Below are positions 62,041 to 64,000 of a DNA stretch of 64,000 nucleotides, piece by piece. Each line of letters opens with the position of its first letter. The stretch's first letter is position 1. This DNA is from Catajapyx aquilonaris (lineage: Eukaryota). Both the position numbers and the translations under genes were made by a program. The notes beneath the pieces are model-generated. The model worked only from the letters and a program-made list of their open reading frames with translations, was not told where the DNA came from and did not search any database. The stretch covers positions 1 to 64,000 of the forward strand of contig KZ538077.1 in assembly GCA_000934665.2 (NCBI GenBank), read 5' to 3'.

Positions 62041-64000
62041 AAACACAAACATCAGTTACTCTTCACTTACGCACACTCCGGACCTTTGTTTTTCGAGAAA
62101 AAAACAAACTTGCTTTGGGTGTGAACCGGACCCCTTCCCCCCTTCTTACCACAACTTGTGTGGACAAGTGCCATAGTCCGCACCAAGTGCCAAGTTCTTT
62201 TTCTTTTTCAGCCAGACTGATTTCTTTGCGGGGGGTTACCAAACCTGGGTAGGTAAACGGATGGGTGGGGGAGGGGAGGGAGGGAGGGAGGGGAGCATCA
62301 AAGCATGGGATATAAAAAAGTGGGGCATGCCCGGGAGCAAGGCGGCAAATGAACAGTCTCTCTCTCCCTCTCTCGGTCCTTTTTGTACGACTCTGACGGA
62401 GATAAACGCTAGGCAAAGCCGGACGTGACCAAATTAGGATTCAGAGCGATGCTCGTTAATTTTACTCCGACTCGGACCAGTCGAACCCGTGTTGCCAAGT
62501 GAGGAGAACGCTGTTAGCAATGTCGGTCGGCTCTCCTGCCCATTCCCCTCATCCTTGTTCTCCCAGATATTTATTTCCTCCCTTGTGACAGAAACGGCGC
62601 CAAGAATTACACGGGAAGCCCCCTGGACGTCCCATTTGCAAATTACCCCCCGTTTGTATTGACTATTGATGTCGACTATTCAGTAATCTAAGGCGGAGGA
62701 TCAATAGGCGCGCTTATGATAAGAAATACTTGGGTCGCGCGAGAGGTTCCAAAAGACATAAATTGCACCAAGCGTCTTCATCTCCAGAGCAAAACGAGAG
62801 AAAAAAGGAAGATCGCTACGGCATCGGATTTTCACATTGACATCTGGTCCAAATATCGATATCGACTACATCCCCCCCCCCCCCCNNNNNNNNNNNNCCC
62901 CCCCCCCCCCCCGAAAACCCTCTTTTCTGATCATGTCAGGCTATAGAGGGACGCCCGTCCCAAAACTCCAAGCCAAACGATTGGCTCGGTCAGGGATTTT
63001 TTGGGGAGATTTGCGCCAATTTGGTGGAAAGCCCGAATTTTACCAAGACACAATCTAGCCGACCTCTCTCTTTTTCACATTCTGTCACCTTGGCAGCCGC
63101 CCAGACGACGACAGCCCAACTCACCTGGTCCACCCATCCCTCGACTCCTGCAGTCAATTTCTACTGTCTGCGAGGCAAAAATGTATAATGAACACAGATA
63201 AAGAAATAGAAAGCGAGATGCAGAGAGAGACAGGTAATGTGGGGGGAAAACGTCGCCGCTTGGGTCTCCCAGGCCTCCGCTTCCAACTTGATAAAACTTT
63301 TTTCCCTTTTTCTTTTTTTTCTTTTTCTTTTTTTTTTTTTTGCAAAAGTGGGAAAGGAGTTTTTTAACCCCCCCCTTCTTCCATTGCGACGGAGTCAAAT
63401 GTATTGCTATCATTCCGCAATCTTTTGTGTAGAGCCGAGTCCTTCGGTGCCAAAACCCTCCACCCTCTCCCCCCACCAGAACTACGTCTATAGACCACAG
63501 TGGAATATCTTCAGAATATTTTAGTGACCAAGAAAAAAAAGTGACTGTGCGGGAGAGACAGAAGCTCGCATCCCCAACCCTCTACCCAAGTACGGATCCG
63601 AGTTTGGGGCAGTATGGAATTGCAAGACATAACATCACGTACGTGGCAAAACATGTGAGTATCAAGTACGAATATAACTATGTGTGTCAGATGCAACATC
63701 ACGTTTGGACATTTGTGCTGGTGAAATAAGTGATATACTGTACATATGTGATGTGACATCTGAGCTGTCAATGCATGTTGTGTCGAGTTGGTATGTATGG
63801 GATCGACCGCACTTGGAAGCACGGTCTTGGGGCACAGGGGGGAAGATTACACCCGATTCAACTCCCATGTGACGACATAATACCCAGGAAAATATACCGT
63901 CGCTGGCTGGCCCCTCCCTACCGCGTCTTGTTATTTTCTTACCAGTTACACTCAGCTCGTCCCTGGAAACCTAACCCAAGCTGCCCCGTCTCATCTATCC

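Noticed and set aside
9790..62912. Poly-C/poly-G runs containing N (e.g. 9808, 18231, 27655, 58210, 62886)
   Set aside because: Homopolymer-associated assembly ambiguities; lengths are unreliable.
63938..64000. Minus-strand donor (CTG|GTAAGA) as the next upstream Timeless exon
   Set aside because: The phase-1 frame contains stops and no Timeless similarity.

Overview
Eukaryotic genomic DNA, probably arthropod (spliceosomal introns, internal (TTAGG)n-type repeats, many MITEs and SINEs). Two genes are supported. (1) On the minus strand, the last seven coding exons (32997->26943) of a Timeless-family gene of the timeout/tim2 (mammalian TIMELESS-like) type splice cleanly in phase. They end at an early stop after one helix-turn-helix-like repeat and an acidic tail, and no PARP1-binding (PAB) domain is visible. 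(2) On the plus strand, an intronless CDS (about 59377-62040) encodes a signal peptide-LRRNT-LRR array-LRRCT-Thr-rich stalk-TM-tail receptor, with a probable non-coding first exon ending at 55646. I found no further Timeless exon between 33.0 kb and the window end. The LRR gene therefore appears to lie antisense inside a >31 kb Timeless intron, as in the Drosophila tim2/2mit host-nested pair. The rest is non-coding DNA with nested non-autonomous transposons (Tc1/mariner-, piggyBac-, Harbinger-, P-like and MULE-like MITEs, CA-microsatellite-embedded elements carrying telomere-like repeats), tRNA-derived SINEs, microsatellites and a perfect 62-bp palindrome. All identifications were made by eye and from memory of the families; no searches were run.
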